Shown here: piece after piece, positions 1-8,444 of the stretch
How the letters are laid out: each line of letters begins with the position of its first letter
Numbering within the stretch: position 1 is the stretch's first letter
DNA from: Propionibacterium freudenreichii subsp. freudenreichii
GTDB lineage: Bacteria > Actinomycetota > Actinomycetes > Propionibacteriales > Propionibacteriaceae
Assembly: GCF_000940845.1 (NCBI RefSeq)
Contig: NZ_CP010341.1
Coordinates: 1,260,001-1,292,000, forward strand
Direction of reading: 5' to 3'
DNA: 32,000 bases
Program-made: the position numbers and the translations under genes
The notes under the pieces: model-generated
The model's input: only the letters and a program-made list of their open reading frames with translations
What the model was told of the DNA's origin: nothing
Database searches by the model: none

Positions 1-186
1 TTCGACATCATCAAGGCGATCAACGAAGCCGGCACCACCGTCCTGCTGGTGGAGCAGAATGCAAATATGGCCCTTCAGATCGCCGATCACGCATATGTGA
101 TGGAGACTGGCAGAATCGTCCTGTCCGGCACCGCAGCCGAGCTGTCTGCCAGCGACGAGATCAAGCGCGCCTACCTGGGAGGCTGA
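1..186 (+). CDS. livF: Branched-chain amino acid ABC transporter ATP-binding protein, LivF-like, C-terminal fragment (5' end lies outside the window)
   Basis: Frame 1 from nt 1 reads FDIIKAINEAGTTVLLVEQNANMALQIADHAYVMETGRIVLSGTAAELSASDEIKRAYLGG, then TGA at 184-186. The LLVEQN ... YLGG tail is the typical C-terminus of LivF/LivG-type ABC ATPases. It is absent from the ORF track because it has no start in the window. Confidence 0.85.
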   Translation, partial: FDIIKAINEAGTTVLLVEQNANMALQIADHAYVMETGRIVLSGTAAELSASDEIKRAYLGG

Positions 187-187
187 G

Positions 188-838
188 ATGTTCATCCGAG
201 ACCACATGACGGCGAATCCCTTCACCGTCACCCCCGACGACACCGTTCCCAAGGCCGTCGAGGTCATGAAGCTCAACCATGTGCGCCACCTGCCGGTGCT
301 GCGCGACGGCAAGGTGGTCGGGGTGATCGCAAACTCCGACATCGCCAAGGCCTCACCGTCCCAGGCCACCAGCTTCAGTATCGGCGAGATCACCTACCTC
401 TTCAGCAAGCTGAAGGTCGGCAAGGTCATGAGCCGCGACGTCTACACCATCGCGGCCGATGCCCTCCTCGAACAGGCCGCCGTGCTCATGCGCGACCACA
501 AGATCGAGATGGTCCCGGTGATGGAGGGCGACAAGCTGGTCGGGGTGATCACCGAGAGCGACATCCTCGATTCCTTCGTCGACATCATGGGAATGCGGAT
601 GCGTGGCACGCGACTGGTCCTCGAGGCGACCGATGCGCCGGGTCAGCTGTCGAGGATCACCGGCCTGGTGGCCGACCACGGCATGAATATCACCCACCTG
701 GCGGTGTACCCGGGCTCTGGCACCAGCCAGATCGTCCTGGGGGTGAACAGCCTGAACACCGCCGACCTGGAAACCCAATTGGTCGGGCTGGGCTATCGAG
801 TGATCGCGCGGCTGCGCAACGAGCCGGGCAAGGACTGA
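188..838 (+). CDS. CBS-pair plus C-terminal ACT domain protein (AcuB-like small-molecule sensor)
   Basis: 216-aa ORF. There are two CBS-like repeats (HVRHLPVLRDGKVVGVIANSDI and KIEMVPVMEGDKLVGVITESDI), followed by an ACT-like segment (RLVLEATDAPGQLSRITGLVADHGMNITHL). The ATG lies 1 nt after the livF stop. Confidence 0.85.
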   Translation: MFIRDHMTANPFTVTPDDTVPKAVEVMKLNHVRHLPVLRDGKVVGVIANSDIAKASPSQATSFSIGEITYLFSKLKVGKVMSRDVYTIAADALLEQAAVLMRDHKIEMVPVMEGDKLVGVITESDILDSFVDIMGMRMRGTRLVLEATDAPGQLSRITGLVADHGMNITHLAVYPGSGTSQIVLGVNSLNTADLETQLVGLGYRVIARLRNEPGKD

Positions 839-869
839 GCAGACAGCCTTCCGGCGTCGGCCACCGGCC

Positions 870-1292
870 TCACCGGTCGTCGGTGACCGTGTGGTGACGG
901 CTGGCAGGGCCCGTGCGCCATGACGCGACGCTGGAGACGCCCGCAGCCTTCGCAGCACTCACGGCACGGGGCACGTGGGTCTCCTGCTGGGCCAGGGTGG
1001 ACACGTCGATGACCATCGGTAGGTTCACCCCGGTCACCACATCGCTGTCCAGGTGACGGCTGCACCAGCGCACGGCCGCGTTGTAGGGGCTGCCACCCAG
1101 CAGGTCGACCAGGAAGATCACGCCCGCGGCGTCCTTGGTCGCATCCTGGACCGAACGATAGAGGGCGTGGACGTCGCCTTCGGGGTCGAAATCAATCGCC
1201 ACCACATCAGGATTCGAGCCCAGGATCATCGCGGTGGACTTCACCAAGGCGCTTGCAAGGTTCCCGTGGGCAGCCACGACGACACGAATCAC
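870..1292 (-). CDS. PTS EIIA component, mannose/sorbose (EIIA-Man/DhaM-like) family
   Basis: VIRVVVAAHGNLASALVKSTAMILG...VIFLVDLLGGSPYN matches the EIIA-Man fold, with a phospho-His in the AAHG motif. The GTG at 1292 is preceded by AAGGAGGAA with a 6-nt spacer. An in-frame ATG at 1322 is an alternative start. The 306-aa track ORF (to 1790) is an upstream over-extension. Confidence 0.75.
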   Translation of the reverse strand: MIRVVVAAHGNLASALVKSTAMILGSNPDVVAIDFDPEGDVHALYRSVQDATKDAAGVIFLVDLLGGSPYNAAVRWCSRHLDSDVVTGVNLPMVIDVSTLAQQETHVPRAVSAAKAAGVSSVASWRTGPASRHHTVTDDR

Positions 1293-1426
1293 GAAAGTTC
1301 CTCCTTGAACCGACCGGCTCATGGTACCGCTAACATGCCCCGATCCCGGAGCGGACGAGGCGGGGGAGGCCGCCACGGGAGAACTCCCAATCCCCGCAGG
1401 CCGGCGAGCACGAACCACCACCCATT

Positions 1427-1458
1427 GTTCGGAACCTTCGTGATTCGGGACCTTCGTG
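1427..1458. repeat. Two contiguous 16-bp tandem direct repeats (GTTCGGAACCTTCGTG / ATTCGGGACCTTCGTG)
   Basis: Read directly: 1427-1442 and 1443-1458 match at 14/16 positions. The repeats sit 135-165 bp upstream of the EIIA start, on the opposite strand. Confidence 0.8.
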
Positions 1459-1650
1459 CCGCAGACTGCCCGGGAGTGCCGGGCACGTGGGCACGCATCA
1501 AATCCCGGGCGGTAGTTCTTCCTCGGTCGGCGGCCGGGACGAGCCCCGCGGCATCCACCGCGAAGGCAGAAGCGGGCTCCATGCACGAGGTGACACATGC
1601 GCGATGAAAGGGGGTGGACGATGATCAGGAAGACCGGTGACGTTTGACCG

Positions 1651-1664
1651 ATAATGTACATTAT
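1651..1664. promoter_or_regulatory. Perfect 14-bp AT-rich palindrome ATAATGTACATTAT, a candidate operator
   Basis: Self-complementary by direct reading. It is immediately preceded by TTGACC (1644-1649). It is the only strongly AT-rich patch in a GC-rich 470-bp divergent intergenic region, about 100 bp upstream of the dipeptidase ATG. Confidence 0.35.
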
Positions 1665-1764
1665 GTCAGAACGGGGAAATTTGGGCCCGTCACGCTCGCA
1701 GCGCCTGCCTCCCCCGGGATCGGCTCCACGAGGAGTGGCCGGCCTGCCGGGATAGCCTGAGATC

Positions 1765-2898
1765 ATGACGACGGATGGATTGCTGCGCACGGCTTCGGTC
1801 GACGAACTGACCGCACGTCAGCAGATGCTCAGGGCCAGGGCGGCACGTTCCGGGGTTGATGCGGTGGTGATCAGCACCGGTGCCGACATGCGCTATCTGC
1901 TGGGCCGGAGCCAGGGTTCCCACGAACGACTCACCGCCCTCGTGGTGCCCACCAAGGGGTCGGCCTTCCTGATCGTGCCCGAGCTGGAGAGGCCCGGGTG
2001 GGAGGGATCATCGGCCGAGTCCATGGGGCTCGAGATGTCCACCTGGCCCGATGGCGACAGCCCCTACCGGCTCCTTGCCGCACGCCTGGGCCCGATCGCG
2101 GAGTTGGCCGTGGACGATGTGATGCCCGTCCGGCATGCCCACGAGATCCGGACGGCCGTCGATTGCCGGGTGGAACCTGCCGGCGAACTGATCGGGGGCA
2201 TGCGCGTGGTGAAGACCGACGAGGAGATCACGGCGCTGACCGCGGTCGCCGCCGCCATCGACCGGGTGCACCGCCGTGTCCATGAGTGGTTGCGGCCGGG
2301 GCGGACCGAACGGCAGGTCGGTGCTGACATCGCCGCGGCGATCGTCGCGGAGGGCCATCAGCGCCCTGATTTCGTGATTGTCGGGTCCGGCCCCAACGGG
2401 GCAAGTCCACACCTGGAACAAACCGACCGCGTGATCGGTGCCGGCGACCCGGTCGTGGTCGATATCGGAGGCCCCGCCCCCAGCGGCTACTTCAGTGATT
2501 CCACGCGCACCTACTGCGTTGGCTCCCCCGGCGATCCCGAGTTCGCCACGGTGCACGACATCGTCCGAACGGCCCAGCAGAAGGCCTTTGAGACGGCGCG
2601 GGCGGGTGTGAGTGCCGCGGCGGTTGATCAGGCGGCCCGAACCGTGATCGAGCAGGCTGGGTATGGACCATATTTCATCACCCGCACGGGGCACGGCATC
2701 GGACTGGAGGTGCACGAGGAGCCCTACATCGTCCGTGGCGATGACCGGCTGCTCTCCCCCGGCATGGCCTTCTCCATCGAGCCGGGCATCTACCTGCCCG
2801 GACGCTTCGGGGTACGCATCGAGGACATCGTGCTCATTGGTGCCGACGGCTCCCCCGTCCGCCTCAACCACTCGCCCACCAGGTGGGAGTTGCCCTGA
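1765..2898 (+). CDS. M24-family Xaa-Pro dipeptidase / aminopeptidase P-like
   Basis: 377 aa. It has an N-terminal creatinase-like domain and a C-terminal pita-bread domain with metal-ligand motifs (VVVDIGG..GYFSDSTRT, HGIGLEVHEEP, FSIEPGIY..G.FGVRIED). Confidence 0.9.
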   Translation: MTTDGLLRTASVDELTARQQMLRARAARSGVDAVVISTGADMRYLLGRSQGSHERLTALVVPTKGSAFLIVPELERPGWEGSSAESMGLEMSTWPDGDSPYRLLAARLGPIAELAVDDVMPVRHAHEIRTAVDCRVEPAGELIGGMRVVKTDEEITALTAVAAAIDRVHRRVHEWLRPGRTERQVGADIAAAIVAEGHQRPDFVIVGSGPNGASPHLEQTDRVIGAGDPVVVDIGGPAPSGYFSDSTRTYCVGSPGDPEFATVHDIVRTAQQKAFETARAGVSAAAVDQAARTVIEQAGYGPYFITRTGHGIGLEVHEEPYIVRGDDRLLSPGMAFSIEPGIYLPGRFGVRIEDIVLIGADGSPVRLNHSPTRWELP

Positions 2899-2927
2899 GC
2901 ATCACATGATGCGCCCTCGGGTGCGGC

Positions 2928-4244
2928 TCAGCTGAGGCCGGTGCGCGGGTACAGCCACTCGAGGCCGGCCCCCAGTCCCCCACGCACGGCGGGCATCAGG
3001 TGGCCGGCGTTCTCCAGGGGATCGACCTTGACGGTCATGCCCGCTGCAGCGGCCTGCTGGGCCAATTCCTGCAGGCTGGGGCCGAAATAGTGGTCGTCGG
3101 TGCCATATGAGAAGAATGCCCAGGTATCGGGGTAATGATTCTTTGCGAGGATCGTGGATGGCTTCACCGCATCATAGGCACCCTGATCTCCATGGAACAC
3201 ATTCGCCAGCACATCTGGGGCGTGGTCAAATCCGGGATACGCCTCCCCCGAGACACTCATCACATTTCCCCACAGGTCCGGATGCTTTGCCCCGAAACTC
3301 ACCGCGCACTGCCCCCCCTGTGAATATCCACCAACCGTCCAGTCCTGACGGTCGGTCGACACATTGAGGTTCTCGCGGACCCAATTCGCCACATCTGTAT
3401 TGATATAGGTCTCAACATTCCCGAATTTCTGCGTGTCGAGGCACAGGGTGTCCACATTGGGATTCCCCAACTGATCCACGAACACGACAATCGGGGACAA
3501 TCCGTTGTGGGCGGCGGCAATGCCGTCCAGCTGGTCCTTGAACAGCGGGGCGTCGGGAGTCCCTGGCTGACCCATCATGAACACCACCACGGGCAGCTTC
3601 GGCGCATTCGCCACCAGCGCTGCGGGCGGCAGATAGATACTCGCCGAGCGGGGGTGGAATCCCGAGACCTTGCCGGGCAGGTACTGGTTACCGGCCTGGC
3701 CCTTGGCCGGCATGTCCGCCGGTGCCACCCAGTGCGCACCGTCGAAGTCCTCGTGATGCGACGGACTCGACGTCGGCTGTGACGGAAGGGTGATCGGATT
3801 CGCCGGCACCCGACCGAGCAACGCACCCAGCGTGGTGTTGATCTGGTAGGCCTTGTTGACGGCCAGCACGGTGGCCCCCAACAGCACCACGGCTGCCAGG
3901 ACGGCCGCCACCTTGCGACGCCAGGTCGACCACCGGAAATTTGCGACCACAAGGCCGAGGCCGATGAAGAAGGCCACCACCCAGATCCGTCCCAGCATGG
4001 GCATCGGCCCCAGGGTCAGGTTGAGAACCTTCTCGCCCAGGAACCAGGCGATCACGCCGACCACGGCTCCGACGCCGGCGCAGATCGCCACCGTCCTGGT
4101 CCAACCACGGTGTCGCCTGATCACCAGCCAGGCCACCACGAGCGCCGCAATGACCGCAGCGGGAATGAGTTCCTTGGGACCGACGATATTGCGCGCCATC
4201 AACCAATTGACAAAACTGCGCCACGTTCGCGACAACTGCGTCAT
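2928..4244 (-). CDS. Membrane-anchored alpha/beta-hydrolase, putative esterase family (esterase D / antigen-85-like)
   Basis: 438 aa. The N-terminal ~130 aa contain about 4 hydrophobic helices. The C-terminal domain carries PVVVFMMGQPG and a nucleophile elbow GGYSQGG. Its ATG overlaps the upstream gene's stop (ATGA at 4241-4244). Confidence 0.8.
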   Translation of the reverse strand: MTQLSRTWRSFVNWLMARNIVGPKELIPAAVIAALVVAWLVIRRHRGWTRTVAICAGVGAVVGVIAWFLGEKVLNLTLGPMPMLGRIWVVAFFIGLGLVVANFRWSTWRRKVAAVLAAVVLLGATVLAVNKAYQINTTLGALLGRVPANPITLPSQPTSSPSHHEDFDGAHWVAPADMPAKGQAGNQYLPGKVSGFHPRSASIYLPPAALVANAPKLPVVVFMMGQPGTPDAPLFKDQLDGIAAAHNGLSPIVVFVDQLGNPNVDTLCLDTQKFGNVETYINTDVANWVRENLNVSTDRQDWTVGGYSQGGQCAVSFGAKHPDLWGNVMSVSGEAYPGFDHAPDVLANVFHGDQGAYDAVKPSTILAKNHYPDTWAFFSYGTDDHYFGPSLQELAQQAAAAGMTVKVDPLENAGHLMPAVRGGLGAGLEWLYPRTGLS

Positions 4245-6811
4245 GTATCTGATCCATTCTCGTCGGTTGATCCACGCCGACCCCGGAAGTACTTGATGAT
4301 CCGGCTGATTCGAACTGTCGGTTCCGTGGTCACATACGCGGTCGTCAGCGCACGACCGATCTTCGGAAGATCAGTGGGGTCCTGGTACACCAGGTAGAGC
4401 GGATGGAACTCCGGTCCGAATTTCGCCTTGAAATGGTGCAGCGAGGTGAATCCATAATATCTTTCAAGCAGCCCCGAGACACTTCCGAGTCCCTGGTACA
4501 GGGTCCCTGAGACGGCATCGGTGACCGGTGGCTGATCGCGTGGCTCCATCGCCAGCGGCGAGCCCGACAGGCTCACCACCTCGAATCCCTCATCCTGGAA
4601 CTGCAGGATCGCCTTCGAGATGAGCAACTCGATGGTGGAGTGGAAGACCCCGGTGGCCCCCTCGCGGCGTCGCATCACGTCGAGGAGCCAGCCGATGACC
4701 TTTTCGTCACGGTAGAGCGGCAACCAGGAGGCAACCCCATGGACATGTCCGCTCTCGTCGACGGCCAGCTCACAGCGGACCTCCGGATCCTCCATCTCGG
4801 CGAACCCGCCCAGGGTGAACCCGAGGGGCGGGAGGGTCTGTTGGCGTTGCCAGCCCTCGACCACTTCACGGATCTCGCGGCGCCGTTCCGGGGAGCACTG
4901 CGCCAGCCTGGTCCACACGATGCTGATGTCCTCGCGCTTTGCGCGATTCATGGCGGTGCGCAGGTCCTGGAAGCGCTTCCCCTTGAAGGCCACCTCACCC
5001 AACTCGATGCGTGATTCCTCGGCGATCTGGAGTGCCCGCCATCCGAAGCCACGCGCCTGGCGGGCGAAGTCGGCACCGACCGAATAGAAGCAGTAGGTCA
5101 GCCCACCCTCGTCCGACCGTCGGGCGAAGCTCAGGGCGGTGGCCATCGGGTCCTGACCGATCGGCTCCCCCAGGGTCACTGCCACTCCGTGGGCAAGGCG
5201 GTAGCCCACCACGCCCTCGAGCGCGGGGTCATACCAGTGGCGCACTCCGGTCCACTGGGTCATCCAGGCGAAGATGCCACCTCCGTAGCGGGTGATCAGC
5301 CCCCGCAGCCGCTTCGCATCGGCCCCGGCCAGCTCCCGCGGGTCCACCTGCATGTTGCGCGCCATGAGCACCAGTGCCACGAACATCACCAGCGGCCCCG
5401 TCAGATAGGCCAGGCTCTGCGTGGCGGTGCTGGCGGGCGACAGCGTTGACCCCAGCGACAGGAGCACTTCCAATCCGAACACCCGGGTGACCACATCGTG
5501 CAGCAGGGCCACGACGGAGGCCTGCGGGGACCATTGCGCAGCCAGCAACATGCCAACGACCACATAGACGATCGTGGCGACGCCGAACAGCGCGACGTAG
5601 CGCACGAGCTGGCCCACTGCGACCCGCCGGGGCAGGCGCACCGGGAACAGCCGCACCGTGAGGAGCAACAGGACGACCACGCCGACGGGGATCGCAGCCG
5701 GTAGGAAGGCCATGACCATGCGGACGAAGAAGATGAAGCCCGTGCTCGCGTGGGTCTGGCGCCATGCCAGCTCCGCCTTGGCCCGGACCACCGTGGCCGT
5801 CACGGTCGTGGCCGCCATGGCCGCCTCCACCAGGAGCGCGCAGAACCAGGCGGACCGGCGGGCCCGTACGAGTCCCAGGCAGAGCACCAGCATGATGACG
5901 GCGGGCAACACGCTCATGAGCAGGACGGGCCAGCCGAGGTTCTGGTGAAGGTGGGCCAGGGTGCAGGCATGTGAGCTGGCCAGTCGGCAGATCGCATGTG
6001 CCTCGCGTGACTCGAATTGCCCGGTTCGGACGTAGCCGGCGATCTCCTCCAACGGGCCGGCAGCACGCGTCGACCATGCGGCCAGAAGGGGCCCCAGTGA
6101 CGCACAGGCGATCACCAGGGACACCAGGACGCGGCGCTCACGAAAGCGCGGCCACAGGTCGAAGCGTTCTGCGCCGCGCCACCAGAAGGCGCCGATGACC
6201 AGGCCGGCGACCATCGATCCGAGGGTCATGGCAGCGAAGGTCGAGGCGTCGTAGAAGCCCAGGGTGAGGGTGATCGCCAGACCGATCCATCGCGTGCGGA
6301 CACGCCACAGGTGGTTGAACCCCCCCGACGCCGCCATGGCAACGCCCAGGAGCGCGGGAATGGCCCCATTGGACCAGCCATTGACCAACGCGTCTGACCA
6401 GCGCGGCCACTGGGATGCGATCAGCGATGCGAAGCCCAGGGTGAGCCCGGTCGCGACGACATGGCAGCACACCAGGGCGGCCACGAACCGCCACGCACCG
6501 AGCCGGCGTTCGATATAGGGAAACACCGAGACCATCAGCACCAGCAGCGCAACGGTCGCACCGATCGAGCCGGGGTCCACCAGCATGACCAGCCCACGCG
6601 CCACATTCGAGGCTCCGCCGATGTGGGCGGTTCCCCCGCCGGTGCGCACCCAGTGCCTGAGCCACTCCCCTGCCGGGGACAACTGCCATGCGATGGTCGC
6701 CACGCCGAGCACGGCGAGCACCATGCACACGGGCGCATGGATCAGTCGCCTCCACAAGCCCCGTGCAATGCTCCGGACGCCGGTCTCAGCGTGCGGGGTT
6801 CGTTGGCTCAC
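4241..6811 (-). CDS. MprF-like aminoacyl-phosphatidylglycerol (aminoacyl-lipid) synthase, polytopic membrane domain plus C-terminal DUF2156-type transferase domain
   Basis: 856 aa. About 500 aa are hydrophobic multi-helix N-terminus. The C-terminal part (FKGKRFQDLRTAMNRAKREDI ... LLERYYGFTSLHHFKAKFGPEFHPLYLVY) matches the conserved aaPGS catalytic domain. There is a GTG start with no SD, and TATTAT lies 8 nt upstream. Confidence 0.85.
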   Translation of the reverse strand: MSQRTPHAETGVRSIARGLWRRLIHAPVCMVLAVLGVATIAWQLSPAGEWLRHWVRTGGGTAHIGGASNVARGLVMLVDPGSIGATVALLVLMVSVFPYIERRLGAWRFVAALVCCHVVATGLTLGFASLIASQWPRWSDALVNGWSNGAIPALLGVAMAASGGFNHLWRVRTRWIGLAITLTLGFYDASTFAAMTLGSMVAGLVIGAFWWRGAERFDLWPRFRERRVLVSLVIACASLGPLLAAWSTRAAGPLEEIAGYVRTGQFESREAHAICRLASSHACTLAHLHQNLGWPVLLMSVLPAVIMLVLCLGLVRARRSAWFCALLVEAAMAATTVTATVVRAKAELAWRQTHASTGFIFFVRMVMAFLPAAIPVGVVVLLLLTVRLFPVRLPRRVAVGQLVRYVALFGVATIVYVVVGMLLAAQWSPQASVVALLHDVVTRVFGLEVLLSLGSTLSPASTATQSLAYLTGPLVMFVALVLMARNMQVDPRELAGADAKRLRGLITRYGGGIFAWMTQWTGVRHWYDPALEGVVGYRLAHGVAVTLGEPIGQDPMATALSFARRSDEGGLTYCFYSVGADFARQARGFGWRALQIAEESRIELGEVAFKGKRFQDLRTAMNRAKREDISIVWTRLAQCSPERRREIREVVEGWQRQQTLPPLGFTLGGFAEMEDPEVRCELAVDESGHVHGVASWLPLYRDEKVIGWLLDVMRRREGATGVFHSTIELLISKAILQFQDEGFEVVSLSGSPLAMEPRDQPPVTDAVSGTLYQGLGSVSGLLERYYGFTSLHHFKAKFGPEFHPLYLVYQDPTDLPKIGRALTTAYVTTEPTVRISRIIKYFRGRRGSTDENGSDT

Positions 6812-6932
6812 GACAACCGATAATAGTCAGGCCCTTCCCGCCCAACGGCGGCGGCACCGTCCGGGCGACGACGGTTCGCGCCGGTCACACTGTGATCGGC
6901 GGGGGCGTCACGGGCCGGGCGCCGACGCGCCG

Positions 6933-8444
6933 CTACTGGAGGGCCTTGAGGATCAGCTCCCGCACGCGGGCGGCGTCAGCCTGTCCGTGCATCTGCTTCA
7001 TCACGGCACCGATGAGGGCTCCGGCGGCCTGGACCTTCCCGCCACGGATCTTGTCCGCCACGCCCGGGTTGGCCGCAATGGCCTCGTCCACGGCGCGCGA
7101 GAGCGTGTCGTCATCGGAGACGACCTCCAGTCCGCGGGCCTTGACGATCTCGGCGGGTTCGCCCTCCCCCGCGAGCACGGCCTCGATGACCTGTCGGGCC
7201 ATCTTGTCGGTGAGCTTGCCCGAGTCCACCAGTTTCCCGACCTGCGCCACCTGGACGGGGCTGATGGGCAATTCGGCCAGTTCGACCTCGGTCTCATTGG
7301 CCCGTCGCGACAGCTCTCCCAGCCACCACTTGCGTGCCGCAGCCTGATCGGCCCCGGCCACCACGGTGGCCTCGATCAGTGCCAGGGCACCCTCGTTCCC
7401 CTCGATGTCGCGCATCTCGAGGTCGGTCAATCCCCATTCCTTCTGCAGCCGCGCGGCCTTCACCGCGGGAAGCTCCGGCAGGGTCTTGCGCAGTTCGTCC
7501 ACCCATTGCGCACTTGCCTCGACGGGCACGAGGTCTGGATCCGGTAGATAGCGGTAGTCCTCGGCTTCCTCCTTCGAACGTCCCGCGGTGGTGAAGCCCC
7601 CGGACTCATTCCACATCCGGGTCTCCTGCTTGACGCGTCCTCCGTCGGCCAGCACGGCTCCCTGCCGACAGATCTCGTAGCGCAGGGCCGCCTCGACGCT
7701 GCGCAGGGAGTTCACGTTCTTGGTCTCGGTTCGGGTGCCCAGTTCGGTCGATCCCTTGGGCATGAGCGACACATTGGCGTCGCAGCGCAACTGGCCCTGT
7801 TCCATGCGTCCCGCACTCACGTCGAGGGCACGCACCATGTCGCGCAGATAGCTCATATATGCCCGCGCCACCTCCGGGCCACGAGTGCCCGTGCCGTAGA
7901 CCGGCTTCGTGACGATCTCAATGAGCGGAACGCCCGCACGGTTGTAGTCCATCAGGGAGTAGTCCGATCCCTGGATGCGCCCGGTGGCGCCACCGACATG
8001 CAGGGACTTCCCGGCGTCCTCCTCCATGTGGGCGCGCTCGATCGGCACCGTGTACTGCGTGCCTTCGACGTCCAGTCGGACCTCGCCCTCATAGGCAATG
8101 GGCTCGTCGTACTGGCTGATCTGGTAGTTCTTCGGCATGTCCGGGTAGAAATAGTGCTTGCGGGCGAACCGGCACCAGCTTGCGATGGAACAGCCCAGCG
8201 ACAGGCCGATCCTGATGGCCGACTCAACTGCCTTGCCATTGACCACCGGCAGCGCACCGGGCAGACCCAAGCACACCGGGCAGGTATGGGTATTCGGTTC
8301 GGCGCCGAACTTCGTGGAGCAGCCGCACCACATCTTCGATTCGGTGTTGAGCTCGACATGCACCTCGAGGCCCAGCACCACGTCGAAGCGCGCCATGACC
8401 TCGTCGTAGTCCATCAACCTGTCATCGCTGTATTGCACGCTCAC
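6933..8444 (-). CDS. gatB: Asp-tRNA(Asn)/Glu-tRNA(Gln) amidotransferase subunit B
   Basis: 503 aa with canonical GatB motifs ([20 protein letters not shown], the C-terminal YqeY-like tail). Its GTG start overlaps the gatA stop (GTGA at 8441-8444). Confidence 0.95.
   Translation of the reverse strand: MSVQYSDDRLMDYDEVMARFDVVLGLEVHVELNTESKMWCGCSTKFGAEPNTHTCPVCLGLPGALPVVNGKAVESAIRIGLSLGCSIASWCRFARKHYFYPDMPKNYQISQYDEPIAYEGEVRLDVEGTQYTVPIERAHMEEDAGKSLHVGGATGRIQGSDYSLMDYNRAGVPLIEIVTKPVYGTGTRGPEVARAYMSYLRDMVRALDVSAGRMEQGQLRCDANVSLMPKGSTELGTRTETKNVNSLRSVEAALRYEICRQGAVLADGGRVKQETRMWNESGGFTTAGRSKEEAEDYRYLPDPDLVPVEASAQWVDELRKTLPELPAVKAARLQKEWGLTDLEMRDIEGNEGALALIEATVVAGADQAAARKWWLGELSRRANETEVELAELPISPVQVAQVGKLVDSGKLTDKMARQVIEAVLAGEGEPAEIVKARGLEVVSDDDTLSRAVDEAIAANPGVADKIRGGKVQAAGALIGAVMKQMHGQADAARVRELILKALQ

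Noticed and set aside
1293-1790. Upstream extension of the EIIA ORF to 306 aa
   Set aside because: The extension is Arg/Pro/Gly-rich with no domain. A strong AAGGAGGAA SD precedes the GTG at 1292, exactly where the EIIA fold begins.
5229-6755. Several 200-280-aa ORFs in other frames within the aaPGS gene
   Set aside because: These are same-strand or antisense alternative frames with Arg/Gly/Pro-rich composition. The 856-aa frame alone shows TM-helix periodicity and the conserved C-terminal domain.
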